From the IMG/VR virus record IMGVR_UViG_3300022670_000241, positions 1 through 43,124 of that record: DNA of 43,124 bases. One strand, written 5' to 3'. Shown here in pieces: positions 5,585-14,157 of this stretch. Source of the stretch: a virus. Its lineage: Duplodnaviria > Caudoviricetes. A program made the translations under genes and the position numbers. The notes under the pieces were generated by a model. The model made no database searches. It was not told the DNA's origin and was given only the letters and a program-made list of their open reading frames with translations. Every line of letters starts with the position of its first letter. Position 1 is the stretch's first letter.

Positions 5585-6469
5585 ATGCAGAGTAAATTAA
5601 AGGCCATCAGCCCTAAAGCGGCAGCACCGAGTAAGCCTAAAGTATTAATATATGGCAAGCCTGGTGTTGGGAAAACATGGACTAGTTTGGATTTTCCAGG
5701 AGTTTATTATATTGACTCTGAGGGTGGTGCTAACATGGCGCATTACACCACGAAGCTTGAAGAGTCCGGCGGTGTCTATCTAGGCCTTGAGCAGGGCAGT
5801 TTGGACTTTGGTACTGTACTTGAGCAACTTAAAGCCCTTGCCACAGAAAAGCACGAATTTAAAACCGTAGTTATTGATTCAATAACCAAGATATTCAATA
5901 ACGAAATTACTAAAGAAGCTGAACGACTAGAAGAAAGGGGAATCAAAAACGAATTTGGTAAAGACAAAAAGCCAGCCGTTGCAATGATGAAACGGCTCGT
6001 TGCGTGGTTACAGCGTATCGACATGAATGTTATCCTTATAGCGCATGAGAAAGCCTTGTGGTTCAAGGGTGAGCAAACAGGTGAGACGTTTGACTGTTGG
6101 GACAAGCTCGAATATGAACTACATCTTGCTTTACAAATAATCAAGCAGGGGAATTCCCGTATCGCTAAAGTTCGCAAGTCTCGGCTGGTTGGTTTTCCTG
6201 ATGCCTCAACTTTCAAGTGGTCTTATGAGGACTTTGCAGAACGTTACGGCAAAGATATAATCGAAAAAAGCGCGTCACAAATAGTATTAGCGACCGCTGA
6301 GCAAATAGCTGAATTAGAGAATTTGATTAAAGTTGTTAATCTAGCAGACGGGCAACTTTCTAAATGGCTTGCCAAGGCAAACGCAGAATCCATCAAAGAG
6401 GTAGATACTGTGAGTGCTACGAAATTTATTCAATTTATTAAAGACAAATACTTAAACCAAAAGGACTAA
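5585..6469 (+). CDS. Sak4-like AAA ATPase / ssDNA annealing recombinase
   Basis: KVLIYGKPGVGKT Walker A, IDSEGG, TVVIDSIT Walker B, VILIAHE (AAA_24 pattern); next to a DUF669 SSB. Confidence 0.85.
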   Translation: MQSKLKAISPKAAAPSKPKVLIYGKPGVGKTWTSLDFPGVYYIDSEGGANMAHYTTKLEESGGVYLGLEQGSLDFGTVLEQLKALATEKHEFKTVVIDSITKIFNNEITKEAERLEERGIKNEFGKDKKPAVAMMKRLVAWLQRIDMNVILIAHEKALWFKGEQTGETFDCWDKLEYELHLALQIIKQGNSRIAKVRKSRLVGFPDASTFKWSYEDFAERYGKDIIEKSASQIVLATAEQIAELENLIKVVNLADGQLSKWLAKANAESIKEVDTVSATKFIQFIKDKYLNQKD

Positions 6470-6473
6470 AACC

Positions 6474-6842
6474 ATGAGTTTTATACTAGGCTTTGGCTCA
6501 ACAGAAAAAGACTTTGAAAAGAAATTGGAGTCTAAAATAACTGAGCATGTACTGGCAGAGTTCGAAAAAACAGATAAACTATACTTTAGGGATTCTTTTG
6601 TCGATAAGATAAACGGCTGGATAGAGGCGTTATCAGAGGAAAGCCGAAAAGAAGCTGAGAGTTGTAAGAAAGCAATCGATTATCCTGATAGATATTCTAG
6701 TTTTTATAGCAATATTATAGCTAACGCTTCGTATATAGTTTTCATAATAGGCTTTCACCATATAAATAGACGACACGCAATGTCCCCCGATGGGTGGGCT
6801 TTAATGACCAATGAAATAACTTTTAATGTAAAATGTTATTAG
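6474..6842 (+). CDS. Hypothetical protein inserted between Sak4 and SSB
   Basis: ORF track; flanked by ACTAAAACCATG repeats. Confidence 0.6.
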   Translation: MSFILGFGSTEKDFEKKLESKITEHVLAEFEKTDKLYFRDSFVDKINGWIEALSEESRKEAESCKKAIDYPDRYSSFYSNIIANASYIVFIIGFHHINRRHAMSPDGWALMTNEITFNVKCY

Positions 6843-6887
6843 GATAACTTAACACAGCTTATTAACTTAAAAAAGGAAACTAAAACC

Positions 6888-7394
6888 ATGGAATTTACAC
6901 CAAAAACACGAGAAGAAGCAGAGAAAGAAAGTCAATTTCCAATCTGGGACGCTGGCATATATGACTTTGAAGTTGCAAAAGCTGAGGCACTAATTAGCAA
7001 GAGTGCTAAAGTGCGAGGCGCGTCTGAACCAAACATGATTAAAGTCACTATGAATGTCTTTAATGCAGATAATCAAGTGCAAATAGTATTCGATTATCTT
7101 ATGCCAGCATTTCCGGTCAAGCTCATAGATGCCTGCGAATGTATGGGGTTATCACTTGAATATCAATCAGGAAACCTTGAGCCTTATCAATTTGAAGGTA
7201 AAACCGGAAAAATGAGACTTGGCATTGAAGCTGTTAACTCTAAAAATATAGACCCGAAAACTGACAGGCCATATCCAAGTAAGAATAAAGTAGAGGGTTA
7301 TGTTGTTGATACCTCTAGCGTTACAACTCCTCTAAATAATGTTGAATTTGACGACCCGTTTAATTACGATGATATCTCCTCCAGAGCTGACTAA
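6888..7394 (+). CDS. DUF669 family ssDNA-binding protein
   Basis: AGIYDFEVAKAE..MIKVTMNV..VFDYL..KNKVEGY with an acidic tail. Confidence 0.8.
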   Translation: MEFTPKTREEAEKESQFPIWDAGIYDFEVAKAEALISKSAKVRGASEPNMIKVTMNVFNADNQVQIVFDYLMPAFPVKLIDACECMGLSLEYQSGNLEPYQFEGKTGKMRLGIEAVNSKNIDPKTDRPYPSKNKVEGYVVDTSSVTTPLNNVEFDDPFNYDDISSRAD

Positions 7395-7422
7395 ACAATC
7401 TAATAATATAAAGAAGTAAACA

Positions 7423-7659
7423 ATGAGAACTATTAGCCGCGGAAAAAGAAAGGCACGCAAGACTCACGAATGCTCCGCTTGGGACTTTATAGATGCCGAC
7501 TTCCATCAAGGGCATGGATACAAGTGCAATGGTATAAAGAAAGGTGATATGTACGAATACCAGTTTAATGCCGATTGTAGCGACACTTGGGAGTTTAAAG
7601 CTTGTTTTCCGTGCTTAAAATTTGCGGCTGATAATGATATAGATATGTCCGGGGAATAA
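7423..7659 (+). CDS. Small Zn-binding phage protein
   Basis: KARKTHEC..C..IKKGDMY..CFPC. Confidence 0.7.
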   Translation: MRTISRGKRKARKTHECSAWDFIDADFHQGHGYKCNGIKKGDMYEYQFNADCSDTWEFKACFPCLKFAADNDIDMSGE

Positions 7660-7928
7660 TGCCTAAGGAGAACCTAACAACGGCAAACAGGGAGCGCATG
7701 AGAAAAGTTAAGGAGCTTCCTTGTATAATATGCAAGCATTCCGCGCCCTCTGACTGTCATCATATAACGCAACACGGTCGAAGGTTAGGGCATATGTTCA
7801 CGCTACCTCTTTGCTACGAAGACCACCGTGGTAGAAGGGGCTTCTCAGGTATGGATAGGGGTGCTTGGGATAAGAGTTTAAGTAATCAATTAAAATTATT
7901 AGAAGAGGTTAACAAACAACTTGTATGA
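7659..7928 (+). CDS. Ref/DUF968-like HNH-type recombination nuclease
   Basis: ELPCIIC..DCHHI..TLPLCYEDH. Confidence 0.75.
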   Translation: MPKENLTTANRERMRKVKELPCIICKHSAPSDCHHITQHGRRLGHMFTLPLCYEDHRGRRGFSGMDRGAWDKSLSNQLKLLEEVNKQLV

Positions 7929-7959
7929 GAACTACACAACCTAACAGGACTTATTAATT

Positions 7960-8169
7960 ATGAAAATTCTCAAACTACCTACGCCTTTGTGTGCTTTTTG
8001 CTGCAAATGTTCTCACGAAGTGCATTGTCTTATTGCTGGTTCTAATGCTTTTATTTGTAGTGGATGTATAGCTATTGCAGCGGAGATAACATTAAAAGAA
8101 GGTAGCAATGAGGCTGTCAAGGAACTACGGGATAATTTAACACAAATTATTAACATAGACGAGGAGTAA
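7960..8169 (+). CDS. Stand-alone ClpX-type C4 zinc finger protein
   Basis: CAFC.K...V..LIAG..AFICSGCI matches the ClpX N-terminal ZBD consensus CSFCGK..V.KLIAG...ICDEC. Confidence 0.8.
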   Translation: MKILKLPTPLCAFCCKCSHEVHCLIAGSNAFICSGCIAIAAEITLKEGSNEAVKELRDNLTQIINIDEE

Positions 8170-8173
8170 AACT

Positions 8174-8410
8174 ATGAACGAACCATATGTATCAAGGCAT
8201 TTTGATAAAGACAAACTAGCCAAAAAACTAGATGAATTAATAGACGACCAAGTACGTACGGGCTGGTCAGAATCGACAGCAATATTTGTTGGCTGCACGC
8301 TAGACCACGCTATTAAAGTTATTGTGACGCGAGAGGAAGGCGAATACTACGACGCAGAATCAATGCTGAAAAAACACCCAAATAGTAACTGCTTAAATGG
8401 AAATTATTAA
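8174..8410 (+). CDS. Hypothetical protein
   Basis: ORF track; SD GAGGAG; flanked by 23-nt direct repeats. Confidence 0.65.
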   Translation: MNEPYVSRHFDKDKLAKKLDELIDDQVRTGWSESTAIFVGCTLDHAIKVIVTREEGEYYDAESMLKKHPNSNCLNGNY

Positions 8411-8425
8411 CATAGACGAGGAGAA

Positions 8426-8638
8426 GTGGTGACAGATAACTACAAGCGTGATGCTATGTATTATGAGAAGTGTTTGAGGGATATGCGTGATTCTCATCAA
8501 GAGACGGTAAACAATCCAAAGTACAAACATTTGTCTGCATATTTTCAGGAGCATGTTCGCATAATAGAGAAAGTGTTGTCGCACAAAATAAAAGCGGAAG
8601 GTGTAGACTTAGATAAACCTAATTACGGGATGTTTTAG
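8426..8638 (+). CDS. Hypothetical protein
   Basis: ORF track. Confidence 0.55.
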   Translation: MVTDNYKRDAMYYEKCLRDMRDSHQETVNNPKYKHLSAYFQEHVRIIEKVLSHKIKAEGVDLDKPNYGMF

Positions 8639-9166
8639 ATGACATTAAACATGGAAGTTAAGAAGGATGCTTTGAGGCAAACCCAAGATGGCATATGGAA
8701 GTTAACAGTCACAGTGCATCCTAGCGATATGCCTGTTGACTTAATGATAGCACCAATGGGCACTCGTTACGGCTTGGCAATGGTTGTTATAGAAGATGAG
8801 CAATGTGCAAATAATGCACAATCCAGTTCATCGAAGAGTTCGAATAGCTCAGTTAGTGCAAATAATGCACATACTCAAAACGAAAAGTCAGAGGGGGATA
8901 AGATACGGATAAGGGCTGTTATACTTTGCAAGGACGATCTATTTAGAAATTATTTACGCAGTATTATATATGTAACTGCGAAAGATGAGGATGGGCTATA
9001 TGATACTTGTAAGGATTTTATTCTAAGACAATGCGATATTGAATCACGCTCTGAACTAACAACCAACAAAGAAGCCCAGGAAAAATTCCGACAACTAGAC
9101 CAGAAATTCAAAGATTGGCAGTTTGAGCAAAAATATCCAGACAACTTGACTCGGGAAAATATGTAA
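8639..9166 (+). CDS. Conserved phage protein
   Basis: ALRQTQDG..TVHPSDMP..APMGTRY..AVILCKD..F..CDIESRSEL, a motif set often seen in phage recombination modules. Confidence 0.7.
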   Translation: MTLNMEVKKDALRQTQDGIWKLTVTVHPSDMPVDLMIAPMGTRYGLAMVVIEDEQCANNAQSSSSKSSNSSVSANNAHTQNEKSEGDKIRIRAVILCKDDLFRNYLRSIIYVTAKDEDGLYDTCKDFILRQCDIESRSELTTNKEAQEKFRQLDQKFKDWQFEQKYPDNLTRENM

Positions 9167-9282
9167 TGTATTGTGGGGGTGCAATTAAATTACAGAATTC
9201 TCTTGCACACTTTTTATGGTCTAGGACGGGATTGACGGTAACGTTCCCATTTCTCACATCTGTGATTTAATTGCAGTCCTAG
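9146..9282 (+). promoter_or_regulatory. Promoter plus C4/CI-like antisense leader upstream of the antirepressor
   Basis: TTGACT-17-TATTGT (9146-9174). TGCAATTAAATTACAGA (9180-9196) is complementary to TCTGTGATTTAATTGCA (9259-9275), which lies inside a fold closed by CTAGGAC/GTCCTAG. Confidence 0.65.
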
Positions 9283-10031
9283 TGCCGCCAAAGGAGAACA
9301 ATATGCCTAAGAAGAAAGAATTAATTCAAATAGACTTTGAAAAGCAAACCTGTAATGCGGAGGATTTACATTCTTGGTTAAAAGTTCAAACTAGATTTAA
9401 TGATTGGATAAACAAAAGGATACAAGAATATGACTTTTTAGAGGGAAAAGACTACTTTATTTTTACTCAAATTTCAGTAAAAAAGGGACGGCCTAAACGT
9501 GACTATATGATTACAGTAGATATGGCGAAAGAGCTTTCGATGGTCGAAAGAACTCCGCAAGGAAGAAAGTCACGACAATATTTTATAAAGGTAGAAAAGC
9601 AGTACAAGCGATTCTTAAAAATGCGAACCGCACCAGAGAGAATCCCTCACAGAAGAGAAAACTTAATGCACAATAAAGCATTTAACGAGGCTGTTGAGAA
9701 ATACGTAAAATATGTAGAAGGAAAAAGTAGCTTGCCATCCAGATATTATATGCTTTTTAATAACATGGTTAATCATGCTTTGTTTGAGTTTCCTAAAAAG
9801 TTAAAGGACATTCCTGATAAGCTATCTATTGCTCAACTTAATTTTAGCAACACAGCAAAGCAAGTTGTAGCTAACGAGATAGAAAAACGTCTAAAGGTTG
9901 GAGAAGACTACGAGACTATTAAGAAAGCATGCAAGGAAAGAGTTTTGAAAGTGGCGGATGCTATAGGAGTTACCCCGATACCGGAGCTATTAGAACAAGA
10001 AGAAACAATTTTAATTCAAAACAAAGGATAA
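9282..10031 (+). CDS. antA: AntA/AntB family antirepressor (likely start ATG 9303)
   Basis: NAEDLHSWLKVQTRFNDWINKRIQEYDFLEGKDY..GRPKRDYMITVDMAKELSMVERTPQGRKSRQYFIKVE is the AntA consensus. Confidence 0.9.
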   Translation: MPPKENNMPKKKELIQIDFEKQTCNAEDLHSWLKVQTRFNDWINKRIQEYDFLEGKDYFIFTQISVKKGRPKRDYMITVDMAKELSMVERTPQGRKSRQYFIKVEKQYKRFLKMRTAPERIPHRRENLMHNKAFNEAVEKYVKYVEGKSSLPSRYYMLFNNMVNHALFEFPKKLKDIPDKLSIAQLNFSNTAKQVVANEIEKRLKVGEDYETIKKACKERVLKVADAIGVTPIPELLEQEETILIQNKG

Positions 10032-10034
10032 ACT

Positions 10035-10490
10035 ATGAGCGAAATAAAAAAGTATATGATAAAGGAAGAGATTGAGTCTTACGATTCTAAAAGTGAGTTC
10101 ATGGCTAAGTTGGTTAGCAAATTCCGATCCCGAATCGATGAAAAAATTGAGGATGCCTTCAAGAGATGTAAGTCAGCCTTTGTTGATGAGCTTCTGCCAA
10201 ACTATGACCGCGATTTTCACCACGATATTACTCAATGTTTTCAAGAAGCGTTGGAGGCGGATTATTATAATGATGCGGTTTCGGTGGTTAACAAAGGCGA
10301 AACAGCGTTGGTAAGGAAGCTTGATGAGAAGGTTGGAGAGCTAGAATCCCTTGCATATAGTTTTGATGAACTGGTTCGATGCTTAGATGGTGTTCAAATA
10401 TCTGCAAATATCGCTACCACCAACTACCTTAATAAAAAGACCGATGATATTAAAATAATGCTAGAGGCGTATAAACATGACAGAGATTGA
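10035..10490 (+). CDS. Hypothetical helical protein
   Basis: ORF track; SD AAGGA. Confidence 0.65.
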   Translation: MSEIKKYMIKEEIESYDSKSEFMAKLVSKFRSRIDEKIEDAFKRCKSAFVDELLPNYDRDFHHDITQCFQEALEADYYNDAVSVVNKGETALVRKLDEKVGELESLAYSFDELVRCLDGVQISANIATTNYLNKKTDDIKIMLEAYKHDRD

Positions 10491-10656
10491 GAAAGACTTA
10501 GATATCGCTTTGTATAAATTATTTGAGGCTTTGCAGGCTGGATTATTCGAGCCTAAACACTATGAGAATCTTAATGGGAAGCTTAATGAATTGAGAGCCA
10601 GGCAAGCTGCTAGGACATTACTAGAAAACGAAGCTGTAACACTAATAGAGGAGTAA
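10477..10656 (+). CDS. 59-aa hypothetical protein
   Basis: Hand translation MTEIEKDLDIALYKLFEAL...; fills the gap between neighbours; SD GAGG. Confidence 0.55.
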   Translation: MTEIEKDLDIALYKLFEALQAGLFEPKHYENLNGKLNELRARQAARTLLENEAVTLIEE

Positions 10657-10660
10657 AACA

Positions 10661-10867
10661 ATGCCTGTGAGATACAAGAAAGAAATACTAACTGTTATTG
10701 TTGATGATAGGGTGATTGGTTATATAGCAAGACGTAGCCATATAAGGGGCTATACTTCGGACATACCGGACGGATGGATGATTACCAAAAGTATAGTAGA
10801 TCCTGTGTGGGCAGGGAATTTTGAGAATAAAAGATTAACGAGGAAAGCCCTTACCGGAGATGCTTAG
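10661..10867 (+). CDS. Hypothetical protein, last gene of the rightward arm
   Basis: SD GAGGAG; overlaps the 3' end of the convergent gene. Confidence 0.6.
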   Translation: MPVRYKKEILTVIVDDRVIGYIARRSHIRGYTSDIPDGWMITKSIVDPVWAGNFENKRLTRKALTGDA

Positions 10868-11342
10868 ATTCGGCGCAACCCTTCTGGTTGGGGTATTCAC
10901 ATCGCTTAGGCTTGTATGCCAGAAATGGCGGGTTGTAGGAAGTTTTATAATCTGGGCAACCACCACCGGTACTTTCAATAGCCTTACGTACCATCTTATC
11001 TTGGCATAATATAGCCTTGTATACGGTGGGATCATTAATAAACATCTTAGCAAATTCACGTATATTACAGGGTTTACTTTGAGTGGCTCCACCTAATGAG
11101 AATCCGAAGAATTGCCCTTGTCCTCCTGCGCTAAATGAACCTAAACAATCACTTGTCGCAATTACAGTAGGAGCATAAGCCGAAGCAGCAGTTTCTTGAT
11201 AGTTATTCTCATTTACAATAGATTGTCCTTGGACTTGTCCGTGCGGTTTATAAAAGGGGTGTGGATTGGCATAACTCATAAATGGAAGTGAACAAACTGC
11301 TAAAATTAACAAAAATATTATTAATGAATATCTCTTCAGCAT
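10851..11342 (-). CDS. Secreted Cys-rich protein in the spanin position of the lysis cassette
   Basis: Signal-like N-terminus; DCLGSFSAGGQGQFFGFSLGG..C..AILCQD; directly after the endolysin. Confidence 0.65.
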   Translation of the reverse strand: MLKRYSLIIFLLILAVCSLPFMSYANPHPFYKPHGQVQGQSIVNENNYQETAASAYAPTVIATSDCLGSFSAGGQGQFFGFSLGGATQSKPCNIREFAKMFINDPTVYKAILCQDKMVRKAIESTGGGCPDYKTSYNPPFLAYKPKRCEYPNQKGCAESKHLR

Positions 11343-11398
11343 CTTACGTCCTTTTTACTTGTTATGGGCAGTTAACTATAATCTATTGTTTTAACTAG

Positions 11399-11773
11399 TC
11401 AATAACTGCTTTGCAATTCAAAATGAGGCATATCTTTTATAGATTTAAAATCACCGCCCCATATAATTCTGATATCTTCCTTATATGCTACACCCTTCAT
11501 CACACCAGCCAGTTGCGCAAAGCGTTCCGTGTTGTTCCAGTCTATAGGATATGGCGCGATGTCTACCGCTAATGAAGGCTCGAAGTTATGCTTTGATTGC
11601 TCCCACTTTGCATTACTTTTTCCTTGCCTGTATAACTCATTTTGTTCTTCTCCACCTCTATAGCCACATAGCACTACGAAGTCCATCACCTTTATAACCT
11701 CAGAACAAAGAAGTTGTATATTCTTATGACAGGTTAAAAGTTGTTCTTTTGATTTCCTGCTAAAATAAAACAT
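11399..11773 (-). CDS. Endolysin, M15 L-alanyl-D-glutamate peptidase
   Basis: GYR..EQNELY..SKHN..SLAVD..WGGDFKSIKDMPHFEL. Confidence 0.92.
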   Translation of the reverse strand: MFYFSRKSKEQLLTCHKNIQLLCSEVIKVMDFVVLCGYRGGEEQNELYRQGKSNAKWEQSKHNFEPSLAVDIAPYPIDWNNTERFAQLAGVMKGVAYKEDIRIIWGGDFKSIKDMPHFELQSSY

Positions 11774-11987
11774 TGAATTTCCCTACGACAAAACCAGCAA
11801 TAACAGCCACAGCAGATACCGAAGCTACCAATTTATTTAGTCCATTTAGTTTATTATGTATCTTGGTAAAATGTTCGTTATCACTCTCCTCATGTTTGAT
11901 AATCCATTCTTTTATATGTTTTACCTCAGCCATTATGACTTTAACGTCTCCGTGCATTTCAGCTACCTTTTCGTTTATGTCCGTCAT
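11760..11987 (-). CDS. Holin-like protein (coiled coil plus C-terminal TM helix)
   Basis: Hydrophobic LVASVSAVAVIAGFVVG; overlaps the endolysin start. Confidence 0.55.
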   Translation of the reverse strand: MTDINEKVAEMHGDVKVIMAEVKHIKEWIIKHEESDNEHFTKIHNKLNGLNKLVASVSAVAVIAGFVVGKFNVLF

Positions 11988-12038
11988 AATTGTATCAAAT
12001 TAAGTTTATAAGGAAAAGTGGCATTATTTGAGAAAATG

Positions 12039-12749
12039 CTACTCCTCTATAAATCTTACTATATCATTTAGCATATTTGGGTAAGCAGTTTTTATATTAG
12101 CTATTCTATGATTAGCCGGAACTAATACAACAAATAAACTTGATGCCTGCTCCGCAATTATACCCATCAATTTCATTAAAGGTAGATAAATTTCAGTGCC
12201 GTCCTCATCTACAATGCCCTCAATAGGAACCCTACCATCGCTTAAGCCGTGAATATGCATTACCTTACCACCATAATCGTATGGACTATTTAGTAAAGCC
12301 GTGGCCGATATAACGACTACTCCAGCATAATTAAAGTTTGCTGCATGTGCTATCCTGTAGGCCATCATACCACCATTAGAAGAGCCTACCAGATATACAC
12401 GTTCAGGATCTATGGAATAGTTATTCATTATATGATTACGCAAATCCCTTATATATAGAATATCAGTTATGTCGTTGCCAAATAGACCACCGGATTGCCA
12501 AACTCTCGCACCTACGTCCCTTCTGGCTGGATCAGCACTGGCATATACAATTGTTACATTATCTGGAAATAGATCATTTATTTCCAGGGCGATCAGATAT
12601 CTTCCTGCTGTACTGTTACCCGGATGTAACATTATTACAAATGGCGAATTTGGTTCGGTAGACTCCCTGATTATAAATTCCCTATCTTGAAAGATCTCAC
12701 CGCTCGCGATAAACGGAAATAATAAAACTAAAATAAATATTCTAAACAT
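12039..12749 (-). CDS. Secreted alpha/beta-hydrolase, PHB-depolymerase/LpqC-like esterase
   Basis: Signal peptide; PFVIMLH; IDPERVYLVGSSNGGMMAYR (GxSxG); HIHGLSDGRVP; a C-terminal His. Confidence 0.85.
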   Translation of the reverse strand: MFRIFILVLLFPFIASGEIFQDREFIIRESTEPNSPFVIMLHPGNSTAGRYLIALEINDLFPDNVTIVYASADPARRDVGARVWQSGGLFGNDITDILYIRDLRNHIMNNYSIDPERVYLVGSSNGGMMAYRIAHAANFNYAGVVVISATALLNSPYDYGGKVMHIHGLSDGRVPIEGIVDEDGTEIYLPLMKLMGIIAEQASSLFVVLVPANHRIANIKTAYPNMLNDIVRFIEE

Positions 12750-12762
12750 AAATATTCCTGAA

Positions 12763-13032
12763 TTATAATTTTTCTGGGTAATATATAGTAACTTCTGTTC
12801 TGTTTTTTAGAGCAAAGCCGGTCTTTAAATTCTCTGGCCAACCTCCATTAATTTCAGCCGCAACGGTGCTATCAGAAGGATGTGGTTTACATGATGTTAG
12901 TTCTATAGTCTGTTGATGCTGTGGTGCTAGTTTGCCCGCTACACGGCCAATTTTAGGCAGCCCAGCAGCTATTTTTGCCGCCGCATGTGCAGTATCAAAG
13001 GCTGCTTTTGAATTAAATATAACATAATTCAT
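12763..13032 (-). CDS. Small fibre-associated protein
   Basis: Coupled to the LamG gene; position typical of a fibre chaperone. Confidence 0.5.
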   Translation of the reverse strand: MNYVIFNSKAAFDTAHAAAKIAAGLPKIGRVAGKLAPQHQQTIELTSCKPHPSDSTVAAEINGGWPENLKTGFALKNRTEVTIYYPEKL

Positions 13033-13802
13033 ACTAATGTAATTCCAAATATTTTAGAAAGATATCGATTAACTTTTGGTATCTCTAAAGTTGATAAAGA
13101 ACGATTATATAATATTATTTCACCAAGGCTTCCCGTTAGACTTAGTGTTTCCGTTCCTGACTGCCCAATGAATGCGTCATCTATACTTGCGGCATCCTGA
13201 CCACTGGCATTTGTTATTTCTGCTTCTCCATTAATTGACATGGCTTGAGTTGTGCCATCTCTTCTACAGTTAATAATCTGGAAATCAGTATTAGTATTGC
13301 CCGTAGAGAGAAGAGTACCGGCGGCTCCAGACCTGCTTTTAAAAGCTATAGTACCAGCCGTTGAAGAATATCTAATAATATAATCCGAACTAGCACCTGT
13401 AGCCATACCTATAACATGATCAAAAGTAGAATCTTCACTTGTACGTTTTGATGCAGCAAATATAGTATTTGAACCATCTGGAATAACAAATACTCCACTT
13501 GGCATAATTAAATTATCGCCTCCATCAAAATCAATGATATTTCTTCCGTTTTCCGCAGTGGCATTTGTCGTAGGTTGCTGAGAGCCAGTACCTTGCGTTA
13601 TGTTAAATGCATTATTAGATAAATCATCCCATTGAGATACAGAGCCTGAACTTTCAGTTATGGTACTTGGCGCATAAGATTTAATCCAGAAGAACACTCC
13701 CAGCTCTTTAGGCAAAAAGTTTTCACCATCAAACACAGGCATTCCACCGGGGCTATATGCCGGGTTAGAAGAAGCTTGCATACCAGGATTAAAAGCAACC
13801 AT
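13029..13802 (-). CDS. LamG/ConA-like virion fibre or head-spike protein
   Basis: VSQWDDLSNN..QPT..IDFDG..GSLGEIILYNRSLS..YLSKIFG. Confidence 0.8.
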   Translation of the reverse strand: MVAFNPGMQASSNPAYSPGGMPVFDGENFLPKELGVFFWIKSYAPSTITESSGSVSQWDDLSNNAFNITQGTGSQQPTTNATAENGRNIIDFDGGDNLIMPSGVFVIPDGSNTIFAASKRTSEDSTFDHVIGMATGASSDYIIRYSSTAGTIAFKSRSGAAGTLLSTGNTNTDFQIINCRRDGTTQAMSINGEAEITNASGQDAASIDDAFIGQSGTETLSLTGSLGEIILYNRSLSTLEIPKVNRYLSKIFGITLV

Positions 13803-13804
13803 AA

Positions 13805-14155
13805 TTATCTCATATCATTAATTACATAACGAATGGTAGGAGCTGTAGAGCCAGCAAGAGCCAATCTTATTTGCGTTCTTGTGGCAGAAACAGGATCACC
13901 ATCACCATAAAGCTCAAAATTTGTCATACCATTGGCAGTAAATGTGATAGCGGCTCCCGAAGAGTCTGGTACATCTATGAATGTTGTACCGCCATCGGGA
14001 CTCGATTGTAGGGTTACTGTGCCACTACCAAAATTATTGCCACCCCCCCCAAACACCCATAAAGTACCACGATTAGGTGATTCTTTTCTCGCTGGTTTCC
14101 AGTCGATATCCGTGTTTCCATCAACGGAAACTGTTGTATCTAAAACATTAGCCAT
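13805..14155 (-). CDS. Jelly-roll virion decoration / spike-base-like protein
   Basis: FGSGTVTLQSSPDGGTTF motif; upstream of the LamG gene. Confidence 0.55.
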   Translation of the reverse strand: MANVLDTTVSVDGNTDIDWKPARKESPNRGTLWVFGGGGNNFGSGTVTLQSSPDGGTTFIDVPDSSGAAITFTANGMTNFELYGDGDPVSATRTQIRLALAGSTAPTIRYVINDMR

Positions 14156-14157
14156 TA

